Shown in pieces: positions 9,116 through 19,574 of a stretch of 64,000 nt of DNA. The stretch's first letter is position 1, and each line of letters opens with the position of its first letter. The notes beneath the pieces are model-generated. The model was not told the DNA's origin. It searched no databases and saw nothing but the letters and a program-made list of their open reading frames with translations. The stretch is from Bacillota bacterium (lineage in GTDB: Bacteria; Bacillota; Clostridia; Christensenellales; SZUA-584). A program made the position numbers and the translations under genes. The stretch spans positions 1,606 through 65,605 of the forward strand of contig JAEZHF010000020.1 in NCBI GenBank assembly GCA_023416745.1, given 5' to 3'.

Positions 9116-9937
9116 ATGGCATACAAACTCATTGCAATTGACGTTGATGACACGCTGCTGGACAACAGCCTGAACATCCCTGAAAGGGTCAGCCGGGCCA
9201 TACGGAAGGCAACCCAAAAAGGTGTCCGAGTTGTGTTGTGCACCGGACGGACCAAAAAGGGCGGCCAACGCTTTTATGATGAGCTGGGGCTCGATACGTT
9301 GTATATTACGGCAGGCGGCGCCGAAGTATACGACGCCGCAGGTCATGCGCTGTTTACGCGCGGTGTGGACCCGCCGCTGGTCAAACAGATACTCGAGTAT
9401 GCCACACAGCACGACATCCACGCTCAGGTATATATCGACGGTGAGCTTGTGTACAGCAAAAAAAGCTTCTATTCCAATCTGTACGAGCAGTCATACGGCC
9501 ATCCCGGCATTGTGGAGCCAGACCTGCTCAAAATGCCGCGGATCATCACCCCCAAGGTGTTGTTTGTGATCGATGAGGACAGGATTGCTGATGTGAAAGA
9601 GGATGTTGAGAAGCGTTTTCCGATGCTTACGATCAAGCAGTCCAAACCGGTTTATCTGGAATTCGCCCACCCGAGCGTCAACAAAGGGGAAGCGCTGGCT
9701 TTTACAGCCAGTCATTATGGCATAGAACGCCAGGACATCATCGCCATCGGGGATACGGATATCGATATTCCCATGATTGAGTATGCTGGCCTCGGCGTTG
9801 CCATGGCCAACGCAGCTCCACATGTTCTGGCCGTGGCGGACATCATCTGCCCTTCCAATGAAGAAGGCGGCGTTGCGGATGTTATCGAAAAATATATACT
9901 GGAGGAAGTCTATGAAAGTCAAGCTCAAACTCGATGA
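9116..9937 (+). CDS. Cof-type HAD-IIB phosphatase
   Basis: 'IAIDVDDTLL' motif I, 'LCTGR' motif II, 'GDTDIDIPMIEYAGLGVAMANA' motif IV. GGAGG precedes the ATG at 9116. Confidence 0.85.
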   Translation: MAYKLIAIDVDDTLLDNSLNIPERVSRAIRKATQKGVRVVLCTGRTKKGGQRFYDELGLDTLYITAGGAEVYDAAGHALFTRGVDPPLVKQILEYATQHDIHAQVYIDGELVYSKKSFYSNLYEQSYGHPGIVEPDLLKMPRIITPKVLFVIDEDRIADVKEDVEKRFPMLTIKQSKPVYLEFAHPSVNKGEALAFTASHYGIERQDIIAIGDTDIDIPMIEYAGLGVAMANAAPHVLAVADIICPSNEEGGVADVIEKYILEEVYESQAQTR

Positions 9938-10853
9938 TCTTGTCAAAGATCTGAACCTGAGCATCGTCTATAGGGGAGACGTGCAGCATCTGGAGATCAA
10001 TACGTCGGATCTCAACCGTCCGGGGCTGCAGATGGCAGGTTTTTTTGAGTATTTCGCCGTCAACCGCATCCAGCTCTTTGGCATGGTGGAGATGACTTAT
10101 CTGCAGAACCTGGATCCGGAGCTCAAGCGAGAGAGGTTGGACAAGTACTTCGCCAGTCAGGTGCCCTGCGTGCTGATTGGGCGCAATCTGACGCCGCCGC
10201 CCGAAATGATCGAAGCTGCGAATAAGCATAACACACCGATACTGATGTCCGGCCTCACCACCACCAAGCTCTCTCACAAGACCACCGTCTACCTCGATAG
10301 AGTGCTCGCGCCCAGCATCTCGCGCCATGCGGGGTTGATGGACGTTTACGGCGTCGGCATACTGTTGATGGGCGATTCGGGCGTAGGCAAAAGCGAAACC
10401 GCGCTGGAACTGGTGAAGAGGAATCACCGTCTGGTGGCTGACGACGTGGTTGAAATCGTAAAGCTGTCGGACAACCAGCTTGTGGGTCAGTCCCCCGAGG
10501 TCATCCGCCATATGATGGAGATCCGCGGCCTCGGCATCATCGACGTGCGCACGCTGTATGGCATTGGCGCGGTGCTGGTGGAGAAATCCATCGAGCTTGC
10601 CGTCAATCTGGAACTAGGCGACCCAATGAACATCGACCGGCTGGGTCTTTCCGACGAGTATATTACGCTGCTTGGCGTCAAGATTCCTATCATCACGATA
10701 CCGGTGCGGCCTGGGCGCAACCTTGCCATCATCATAGAGGTGGCTGCGATGAACTACCGTCTGAAATGCATGGGGCATATCACTGCGGAGCAGTTGGACA
10801 GCAAACTGCTGGAGATCATCGCACCCGGCAGCAGCTGTATGAGGGGAGAATAG
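9912..10853 (+). CDS. hprK: HPr kinase/phosphorylase
   Basis: Walker A 'GDSGVGKSETALEL'; 'MEIRGLGIIDV' signature. GGAGGAAGTCT-ATG. Overlaps the HAD gene by 26 nt. Confidence 0.92.
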   Translation: MKVKLKLDDLVKDLNLSIVYRGDVQHLEINTSDLNRPGLQMAGFFEYFAVNRIQLFGMVEMTYLQNLDPELKRERLDKYFASQVPCVLIGRNLTPPPEMIEAANKHNTPILMSGLTTTKLSHKTTVYLDRVLAPSISRHAGLMDVYGVGILLMGDSGVGKSETALELVKRNHRLVADDVVEIVKLSDNQLVGQSPEVIRHMMEIRGLGIIDVRTLYGIGAVLVEKSIELAVNLELGDPMNIDRLGLSDEYITLLGVKIPIITIPVRPGRNLAIIIEVAAMNYRLKCMGHITAEQLDSKLLEIIAPGSSCMRGE

Positions 10854-10856
10854 CAG

Positions 10857-11798
10857 ATGTATCTGGCTGGAATCGATTTGGGCGGTACCGCCATCAAAGC
10901 GGGATTGGTGGACGAAAACCTGTCGCTGGTATGTAAGACGAGCGTTCCCACCGGCGTCGGCCGCAGTTATCAGGAGATCATCGCCGACATGGCGCAGGCC
11001 GTCGTCAATGCCGCCAATGAAAAAGGCATCGGCCTGGACGAGATCAAAAGTGTGGGCATCGGCATTCCCGGCGTAGCGAACAACGGCGTCGTCATTGCGG
11101 TGCACAACCTGTACTGGCTTGACATTCCTCTGGAAGCGGAGATAAAAAAGCACTTGGACATCCCCGTTTATATTGACAACGACGCCACAGTAGCTGCGGT
11201 ATACGAATATCACCTTGGCGCACTGACCGGCTGCAAGGTGGGCGTTTTGTTGACGCTGGGTACCGGCGTGGGCGGCGGCATCATCATAAACGGTAAGCCT
11301 TTCAGCGGTGCGCATGGGCTCGGCAGCGAGCTCGGACATATGCCCATCGTACAGAACGGCCTTCAGTGCACCTGCGGCAACAGGGGCTGCCTCGAAGTTT
11401 ACGCGTCCGCTCCCGCTCTGATACGCATGGGACGACAGTGCGTGATCGATCGTCCCGAAAGCATGCTGCATCATATCACCGGCGGCGATTATACTAAAGT
11501 GACCACCAAGATGATCATCGACAGCGCGCGCAAGGGCGATTATGTCTCATTGTCCATTATCGACGAATATGTCGGCAAGTTGGCGATGGGCATCTGCGCG
11601 CTGGAAAATGCGCTGGATCCTGACGTCATCGCCATCGGCGGCGGGGTTTCGGGCGCGGGTGCATTTTTGCTGGAAAGGATCATCAAGGCCAGTGAAGGCC
11701 TGGGCATCTTTGAGAATCAGAAATATGCCGATATACGGCTGGCGGTTTCCGGAAACGACGCCGGAATCATCGGCGCAGCCATGCTGGGCAAGTCATGA
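10857..11798 (+). CDS. glcK: ROK family glucokinase
   Basis: 'GIDLGGTAIK' ATP motif, 'DNDATVAA', Zn motif 'CTCGNRGCLEVYAS'. Starts 3 nt after the hprK stop. Confidence 0.85.
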   Translation: MYLAGIDLGGTAIKAGLVDENLSLVCKTSVPTGVGRSYQEIIADMAQAVVNAANEKGIGLDEIKSVGIGIPGVANNGVVIAVHNLYWLDIPLEAEIKKHLDIPVYIDNDATVAAVYEYHLGALTGCKVGVLLTLGTGVGGGIIINGKPFSGAHGLGSELGHMPIVQNGLQCTCGNRGCLEVYASAPALIRMGRQCVIDRPESMLHHITGGDYTKVTTKMIIDSARKGDYVSLSIIDEYVGKLAMGICALENALDPDVIAIGGGVSGAGAFLLERIIKASEGLGIFENQKYADIRLAVSGNDAGIIGAAMLGKS

Positions 11799-11838
11799 TT
11801 GGTGCTTAATTCAAGTATAAATAAGCAAGAGGTGTGAA

Positions 11839-12945
11839 ATGAAGCCTTTTGCTTATTTTTTATGTTTGCTGGTGATACTGCTGCTGGCGGTTTCACCCTG
11901 GCTGATACTTTCGTATTATGAGAAGCTGCCGGAAGAGCCGTACTTTCAGGGCATTCTTCATATGTGGCATATAACCGGCTGGCGAACCGGCGGTTCGTCA
12001 TCCAAAGCGTTTCTGGAAAACCGTATCAGACAGTATGAATCGCAAAACCCCCATGTTTTTATAGAGCTGGAAAGCTACACGGCGGAAAAGGCCGCCCAAG
12101 CACTGGCGGACGGGCAAAAGCCCGATATCATTTCCTATCCCTTTGGCATAGAGCTGGTGCCGGACCTCGCTCCTCTGCCCCATTGCGACTTTGTGATGCT
12201 GCACGGCGAAGAATTTGCCTATCCTTACATGTTCGGCGGTTACTGCCTGCTCGTCAGCAACGACCTGCTCAGCGAAAATGGTATTGACATCTATCAAGGC
12301 TGGGGCATACGCCCCGACGCACTGCTGGAAGCCGCGGGGCTAGGCGCTGTGTTCGACGCCGAGGAGGGTTATTCGTCGCTGCCGGCTCTCGCGCTGCATA
12401 CCTATCCCCCCGCGCCAAAACCCAATGTGTCCACGTTTGGCGAGCCCGAAATGCCGGAAGCAGCACTGGGTCTCAACGCATCCTACACCGGTGGCCTTGA
12501 CTCCTTCTGCAAAGGAGAAACCGCAGTGCTGATTGCGTCGCACCGGCAGCTGTTCGAGGCGGCAGACCGCTATACTCAGGGCGAAAGCCCCGGCTTCACA
12601 GCCTACGCCATCGGCGGCTATACCGACATGGCGCAGTTGGTGAGCGTAACGCTGCAGGAGGATGAACTCCGGCAGTCGGCATGCGCGGATTTCGCGGCTT
12701 ATCTCGTCAGCCCCTCATCACAAAAAAAGCTGGAGGCGCTCGGCGTTTTCCCGGCGGTGGACGATATAGATGTTTATCAGGAAAACGATGCACTCCGCGC
12801 CATTTACGAACAGCTCTGCGCGTCAGGCATGTTTGTGCCGCCCGGGGAACGCCAGACACTGGATGCGCTCGCGATGGACGTATTCGGCGGCAGCGAGGTG
12901 GCTCTGCACAAGCTGCGGCGATTATTGGGAGCGGCGGGGCGCTGA
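11839..12945 (+). CDS. membrane-anchored extracellular solute-binding-like protein (orphan; no partner permease nearby)
   Basis: N-terminal TM FAYFLCLLVILLLAV. 'LHMWHITGW..FLENRIRQYESQNPHVFIELESY..AQALADGQKPDIISYPFG' resembles the N-lobe of SBP_bac_1-type proteins. AAGAGGTG RBS. Confidence 0.55.
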   Translation: MKPFAYFLCLLVILLLAVSPWLILSYYEKLPEEPYFQGILHMWHITGWRTGGSSSKAFLENRIRQYESQNPHVFIELESYTAEKAAQALADGQKPDIISYPFGIELVPDLAPLPHCDFVMLHGEEFAYPYMFGGYCLLVSNDLLSENGIDIYQGWGIRPDALLEAAGLGAVFDAEEGYSSLPALALHTYPPAPKPNVSTFGEPEMPEAALGLNASYTGGLDSFCKGETAVLIASHRQLFEAADRYTQGESPGFTAYAIGGYTDMAQLVSVTLQEDELRQSACADFAAYLVSPSSQKKLEALGVFPAVDDIDVYQENDALRAIYEQLCASGMFVPPGERQTLDALAMDVFGGSEVALHKLRRLLGAAGR

Positions 12946-12949
12946 CGGT

Positions 12950-13312
12950 CTATCCTTCCTCGATCTCGTACCCTGCCGCTTTCAACGCCTGCACGGCAGC
13001 TTCAAGGCTATCTTTTTTTACAAACAGGTAGTCTGTATCGTACGTGGACACCGCAAAGACGGATACGCCCGCTCTGGCCAATGTGCCCGTCAGTCCGGCC
13101 AATATGCCGATGAGCGAAAAATCCAGTACGCCGCACACACGCAGCCCGCGCCAGCCTTTCTCGGCCGCACAGCTGTCCGGCACGTGCTCCTCTTCGCACA
13201 CAAGCGATATTTCTCCGCAACTCACCGTCAGCGACGTGAATTCTCCGTCCGGCAGCTGCTTTGACTGCAGCCGGCAGACGGCATAGTCCTTTTTCAGCAA
13301 TTCCAGTTTCAT
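12950..13312 (-). CDS. ACT domain-containing protein (ACT_7-like)
   Basis: 120 aa. 'DFSLIGILAGLTGTLARAGVSVFAVSTYDTDYLFVK' is a typical ACT regulatory fold. Confidence 0.7.
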   Translation of the reverse strand: MKLELLKKDYAVCRLQSKQLPDGEFTSLTVSCGEISLVCEEEHVPDSCAAEKGWRGLRVCGVLDFSLIGILAGLTGTLARAGVSVFAVSTYDTDYLFVKKDSLEAAVQALKAAGYEIEEG

Positions 13313-13326
13313 ACTTGTCCCCCATT

Positions 13327-13352
13327 GGAAAAGCCGCCTGTCACGGCGGCTT
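13327..13352 (-). terminator. intrinsic terminator after the cell-wall hydrolase gene
   Basis: AAGCCGCC-gtgaca-GGCGGCTT, followed by TTTCC on the minus strand. Confidence 0.6.
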
Positions 13353-13378
13353 AAAGCTTTAAAACATCAGGTAATTAC

Positions 13379-14920
13379 TTAGCCCACAAACCTGTCATAG
13401 TATTTATCCACGCCAAATTCCTTGATCAATGCCTTCACCGTGGACGGCCCCGCAACCCCGTCTGACTCCAGTCCTTTCTTTTCCTGAAACTTCATCAGCT
13501 CGATCTTAGTGCCTTGACCAAAGTAACTGTCTGCTTTAACGTCATATCCTAGCTTGTTGAGCATATACTGAATGCGGTAAACCCTCTTTTCAGGCTTGCA
13601 TCCGTATTGGGCATATTTATATGTCCTCTCAAACAATGCGGGCGGTGCATCTCCACCGCGGTGGCGTCCGCTGTAGCTGTGCCTGTAGAAACAGTGCCCG
13701 CCGATCTTTTTATAGAACTTGTGGCTTCCCCAGTTCTCCCCCGCCGGTGCGCCGGAGCGGAAGTAATATATATCCTGCGGTATCACCCAAAGCTCATCAT
13801 CCAGCACCGCGCGGGCGGCCCGCTTGGAGGACGATGAAGGCTTTCTGTCTTCGCGTCCCGAATACGCGAACTGTCCGGGGCGCGTGATGACGTCAGTGAT
13901 CGTGCTGCCCGGGAATGTCCGGCACAGCACGCGGTTCATCACCACGTTGCCTACCGCCACCTTTCCATCGAAGCTTTCGCCGCGCGCCTCAATGTCAATG
14001 ATCTGTGCGAGCATATAATATTCGTTGTCCGTATACTCGTAATGGTTGTTGGAATAGCCCATTTCGTTGTAATAGGCATCCGCCTCTACAACGAAGAAAT
14101 CGAGCAGATCATTGACATCGACGGGTTTCGGCGTAGGGTCGGGCTCCGTCGTGGGAACCGGCGTCGTCGTCTCCTCCGGCGAGGTTGTGGGCACCTGCTC
14201 CGGCATTTCGGTCGGCGGAATGTCCACACCATTGACAGCGATCTCCGGCAGCGATGCCGTCGGGCTGACAGCCGGCGTCGGCGACAGGCTCAGCGAAGCC
14301 GTGGGGCTCTGAGACGCACCTGGGGTCCTCTGCGCGTCGATCAGCGCCGCCTTATTTACGCCTGTCACTTCGGCTTCCGCTGGTGCGGCCACGCCGCCCG
14401 GCACCAGGAACACGATCAGCAGCACCGCGATCACCGCCACGCCTGTACCTGCATACAGCAGAACGAGACGGTTTCGGCGACCCTTCTTCCCCAACCTCTT
14501 GTTGTTGGACGCAAAGGCAAGCGCTGCATCCGTCTTCATCGTTACACTTTTTGGTTTGTTAAATATGGAAAAGGCCAGCCCAAAGAAGCGGTTGAATAAT
14601 CCCTTACTTTTGTTTTTACTGCTGCGTGTTGAACGAAACGACGGAACAGGCTCGTCCGCAAATTGGTTATACGAATCCTCTTCTTCAAAACGTCTGGTCT
14701 TGGTCTTTTCCGAACGGACAGCCACCGGCGTTTCTTCGAGAAAATCATCAGAAACGCTCAGCTGATCCTGCGCACCGCATATTTTAGCTGCTGAAGGCGC
14801 TTTTGCATCCTCTTTTGTTTTTTTCGGAAATACAACACGCTGCGTTTTGACAGGCGAGTCTTTCTGGCCGGTTATATTTTTTAGGTTTTTCAGAGCACGA
14901 ATGCCTGAATTCTTTGCCAT
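13379..14920 (-). CDS. SleB-like cell wall hydrolase with N-terminal basic region, TM helix, Pro/Thr linker and C-terminal peptidoglycan-binding domain
   Basis: 'YYMLAQIIDIEARGESFDGKVAVGNVVMNRV..ITRPGQFAY' (Hydrolase_2-like). 'RIQYMLNKLGYDVKADSYFGQGTKIELMKFQEKKGLESDGVAGPST' (PG_binding_1-like). TM LVLLYAGTGVAVIAVLLIVFLV. Start at MAKNSG after AAGGAGAA; the track ORF reaches 14953. Confidence 0.8.
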   Translation of the reverse strand: MAKNSGIRALKNLKNITGQKDSPVKTQRVVFPKKTKEDAKAPSAAKICGAQDQLSVSDDFLEETPVAVRSEKTKTRRFEEEDSYNQFADEPVPSFRSTRSSKNKSKGLFNRFFGLAFSIFNKPKSVTMKTDAALAFASNNKRLGKKGRRNRLVLLYAGTGVAVIAVLLIVFLVPGGVAAPAEAEVTGVNKAALIDAQRTPGASQSPTASLSLSPTPAVSPTASLPEIAVNGVDIPPTEMPEQVPTTSPEETTTPVPTTEPDPTPKPVDVNDLLDFFVVEADAYYNEMGYSNNHYEYTDNEYYMLAQIIDIEARGESFDGKVAVGNVVMNRVLCRTFPGSTITDVITRPGQFAYSGREDRKPSSSSKRAARAVLDDELWVIPQDIYYFRSGAPAGENWGSHKFYKKIGGHCFYRHSYSGRHRGGDAPPALFERTYKYAQYGCKPEKRVYRIQYMLNKLGYDVKADSYFGQGTKIELMKFQEKKGLESDGVAGPSTVKALIKEFGVDKYYDRFVG

Positions 14921-15034
14921 GCAGCTTTTCTCCTTACAAAAACGTACACCCACATCATTATCCGTATCATACCGTAATCATTGCGATATGTCAATGAATC
15001 CGTAATACAATTGTAACATTTTGCGGTGTTTATT

Positions 15035-15535
15035 TTATCCAGCCAGCTGATTATCCAGCTGAATTTGAATGCTCTTTGCGTCAGCCGTCTTGCCGGGAGG
15101 CGCACCATGTATGCGCAGCAAATATGTCACCGAAGCGCCTTTCGTCTCCAGTGCTTGTTTATGGGTATTAAGGCTTTGGGGCGCCTTAGTCTCCGGCTGC
15201 GGGTCTGCCTGAACAGTAAAGAGTATGATCTGTTTACCCGCCGCATCCAGTCCATGGATAAATGCGTTGACCGCCGGAACGGTTTTGCCAGCCCACACCG
15301 GCGACCCGATGCATATCCTATCATATTCTCTCAATTCCTGTGCAAAGCTGGTTTTAAGGCGGCTGCGCAGTCCGAAAGACGCGCCGAATCCCGCTGCCAT
15401 AAATGAGGCCGCGGACTTGCCTCTCTTCTTTCCTTCCTCCAGCTCGAACACATCCGCCCCGAGCCTGTGCGCCAGCAGATCCGCCGCCAGACGCGTATTT
15501 CCGTCCCGGGAAAAGAAAACAACCGCCGTCTTCAT
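15035..15535 (-). CDS. flavodoxin family protein
   Basis: 'MKTAVVFFSRDGNTR' FMN-binding loop; 'ICIGSPVWAG'. AAGGAGAGG RBS. Confidence 0.8.
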   Translation of the reverse strand: MKTAVVFFSRDGNTRLAADLLAHRLGADVFELEEGKKRGKSAASFMAAGFGASFGLRSRLKTSFAQELREYDRICIGSPVWAGKTVPAVNAFIHGLDAAGKQIILFTVQADPQPETKAPQSLNTHKQALETKGASVTYLLRIHGAPPGKTADAKSIQIQLDNQLAG

Positions 15536-15546
15536 AATACCTCTCC

Positions 15547-16134
15547 TTAATAATCCGATATCGCCAGCGCCGTCTCTTTGAGCCCCAGCGTTTTAGCCGC
15601 CATTTCCCGTATGCCCCGATACAGATTCGGGCTGTCTGTCACCGGTCTCTGCAGCAGCGAGTCGATGCCGTAAAACACAATGGCTGAACAGACATCCGGA
15701 TTCTTGATATGGAAATAACCTCTCTCAATGCCCTCCAGCACCACATCCTCCAGCAAAGGCAGCAACGTGCGCGACCGCTCCTCCCGCAGCACCGTTTCAT
15801 ACCAATCCGCCCGCGCGTCTCCGAAGTATGAGTCGGTCTCGGGCGCAGTCTCCGCCTGCTCCATCAAAGAAGCAATAAAATATTCAGCACGTGATATTGC
15901 ATCCTGCAAAGAGTCCATCTGTTGCACGAGCTGCTCCCGGTATTCATCCATCTGCATGCCCAGAATGTACCGGACGATGGCCTGTTTGCTTTCAAAATGG
16001 TAAAAGAATGTGCCCTTTGCGATGCCGGCCAGTGCGCAGATCTCCTCCACTGGCGTCTGGTCATACCCCTTTTCGGAAAATAGTGTGCGTGCGCTGCTTA
16101 AAATCAGCATCCTTGTCGCTCTTTCGCCTGACAT
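15547..16134 (-). CDS. TetR/AcrR family transcriptional regulator
   Basis: HTH 'ARTLFSEKGYDQTPVEEICALAGIAKGTFFYHFESKQ'. Start at MSGER after GGAGGG; the track ORF reaches 16188. Confidence 0.85.
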   Translation of the reverse strand: MSGERATRMLILSSARTLFSEKGYDQTPVEEICALAGIAKGTFFYHFESKQAIVRYILGMQMDEYREQLVQQMDSLQDAISRAEYFIASLMEQAETAPETDSYFGDARADWYETVLREERSRTLLPLLEDVVLEGIERGYFHIKNPDVCSAIVFYGIDSLLQRPVTDSPNLYRGIREMAAKTLGLKETALAISDY

Positions 16135-16215
16135 AATATCCCTCCTGGTCCGTTGATTGCGGAACATGTTGCAATCATTATCGACCAAGGTCAGGTTTTT
16201 TATACTGTCGGGTCT

Positions 16216-16797
16216 CTATGCCAGCTGCCTGAGAACCGCAAAGCCGTTGCCGAGACTCAGTTTGGCAAACCCTGCGGGCTGTATATCGTAACAGAAGATA
16301 TGCTCGATGTCACCATGAAGAAGATATGATAACGCGGATAAGATAAAGCCCTTATGGGAAACGACCAGCACCCGGCTGTCCTGCGCTTCACTGATTATAG
16401 CATTAATCGTTTCCGAGGCATTTGTCAAGTAGCTGTGCACATTATCTCCGCCGGGAAACGTGTAACCCATATAATCGTCCATGTAAGCCTGCCACGCCTG
16501 GGGCATGCAGCATTGTATGTCGTCTGCGCCAAGGCCTTCAAACGCACCGAAATCCAGCTCGCGCAGCGATGGCAATACAACGATGTGTGTATCGGGCGCG
16601 ATGATGTCCGCCGTTTGCCGGGTGCGCAGCGCGTCACTGCAATATACGCGGCACGGGCTGAATGCCGACAACGCCAGCGCTGTCATCCTGACGTCCTCAA
16701 GCCCCTCCTGTGTCAGCGGCAGATCCAGCCGCCCGCAGTATACGCCGTCGATATTCGCCTGCGTTTTACCGTGCCGTACCAGCGTCAGTTCAGTCAC
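16216..16797 (-). CDS. histidine phosphatase family protein (CobC / phosphoglycerate mutase-like)
   Basis: 'LTLVRHGKTQAN' RHG motif; 'VVSHKGFI' second His. GTG start after TAGGAG. Confidence 0.8.
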   Translation of the reverse strand: MTELTLVRHGKTQANIDGVYCGRLDLPLTQEGLEDVRMTALALSAFSPCRVYCSDALRTRQTADIIAPDTHIVVLPSLRELDFGAFEGLGADDIQCCMPQAWQAYMDDYMGYTFPGGDNVHSYLTNASETINAIISEAQDSRVLVVSHKGFILSALSYLLHGDIEHIFCYDIQPAGFAKLSLGNGFAVLRQLA

Positions 16798-16819
16798 TCT
16801 CTGCTCCTACACATAAAGC

Positions 16820-16853
16820 AAAAAAGCGCCGCAAGGTGGCAGCGCTGTTTTTT
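16820..16853 (-). terminator. intrinsic terminator of the atp operon
   Basis: AGCGCTGCCACCTTGCGGCGCT hairpin flanked by an A-run and a T-run, 3 nt after the atpC stop. Confidence 0.75.
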
Positions 16854-16855
16854 GA

Positions 16856-17272
16856 TCAATCGAGGTTCTGTTTCTTGCGCCCCACGCGCAAGCGCACCAT
16901 CGCGCGGGCCAGCGCGATCTGGTTTTGCATGTACTCCTGATGGCTCTGCCGCTGACGGAGACGCTCCTCTGCGCGCTCTCTCGCTTCCTGGGCGCGTATC
17001 ATATCAATCTCCTCCGGCCATTCCACTGCCTGCGAGAATATGATCGTCTCATCCGGGCGCACCTCCACGAAACCCTCAGACGTGGTGCAGTCCTTCCAAT
17101 CGCCGTTAATATTAATGCGCATCGCCCCGATGGACAGCGCGCACACCATTGGTTCGTGCATCTTCTGTATGCTTAAGAAACCGTCGGGTGTCGGGAGTAT
17201 GACGCTCTCCACGTCGCCGCAATAGAATGTCCGTTCAGGCGTTATAATTTCCAGTGTATATTTCGCCGGCAT
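16856..17272 (-). CDS. atpC: F1 ATP synthase epsilon subunit
   Basis: 138 aa. N-terminal beta-sandwich 'LEIITPERTFY..VESVILPT..G' plus a C-terminal helical hairpin. Last gene of the atp operon. Confidence 0.9.
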   Translation of the reverse strand: MPAKYTLEIITPERTFYCGDVESVILPTPDGFLSIQKMHEPMVCALSIGAMRININGDWKDCTTSEGFVEVRPDETIIFSQAVEWPEEIDMIRAQEARERAEERLRQRQSHQEYMQNQIALARAMVRLRVGRKKQNLD

Positions 17273-17288
17273 ACCGCTTTTTCCCCCG

Positions 17289-19573
<2,285 letters not shown>

Positions 19574-19574
19574 G

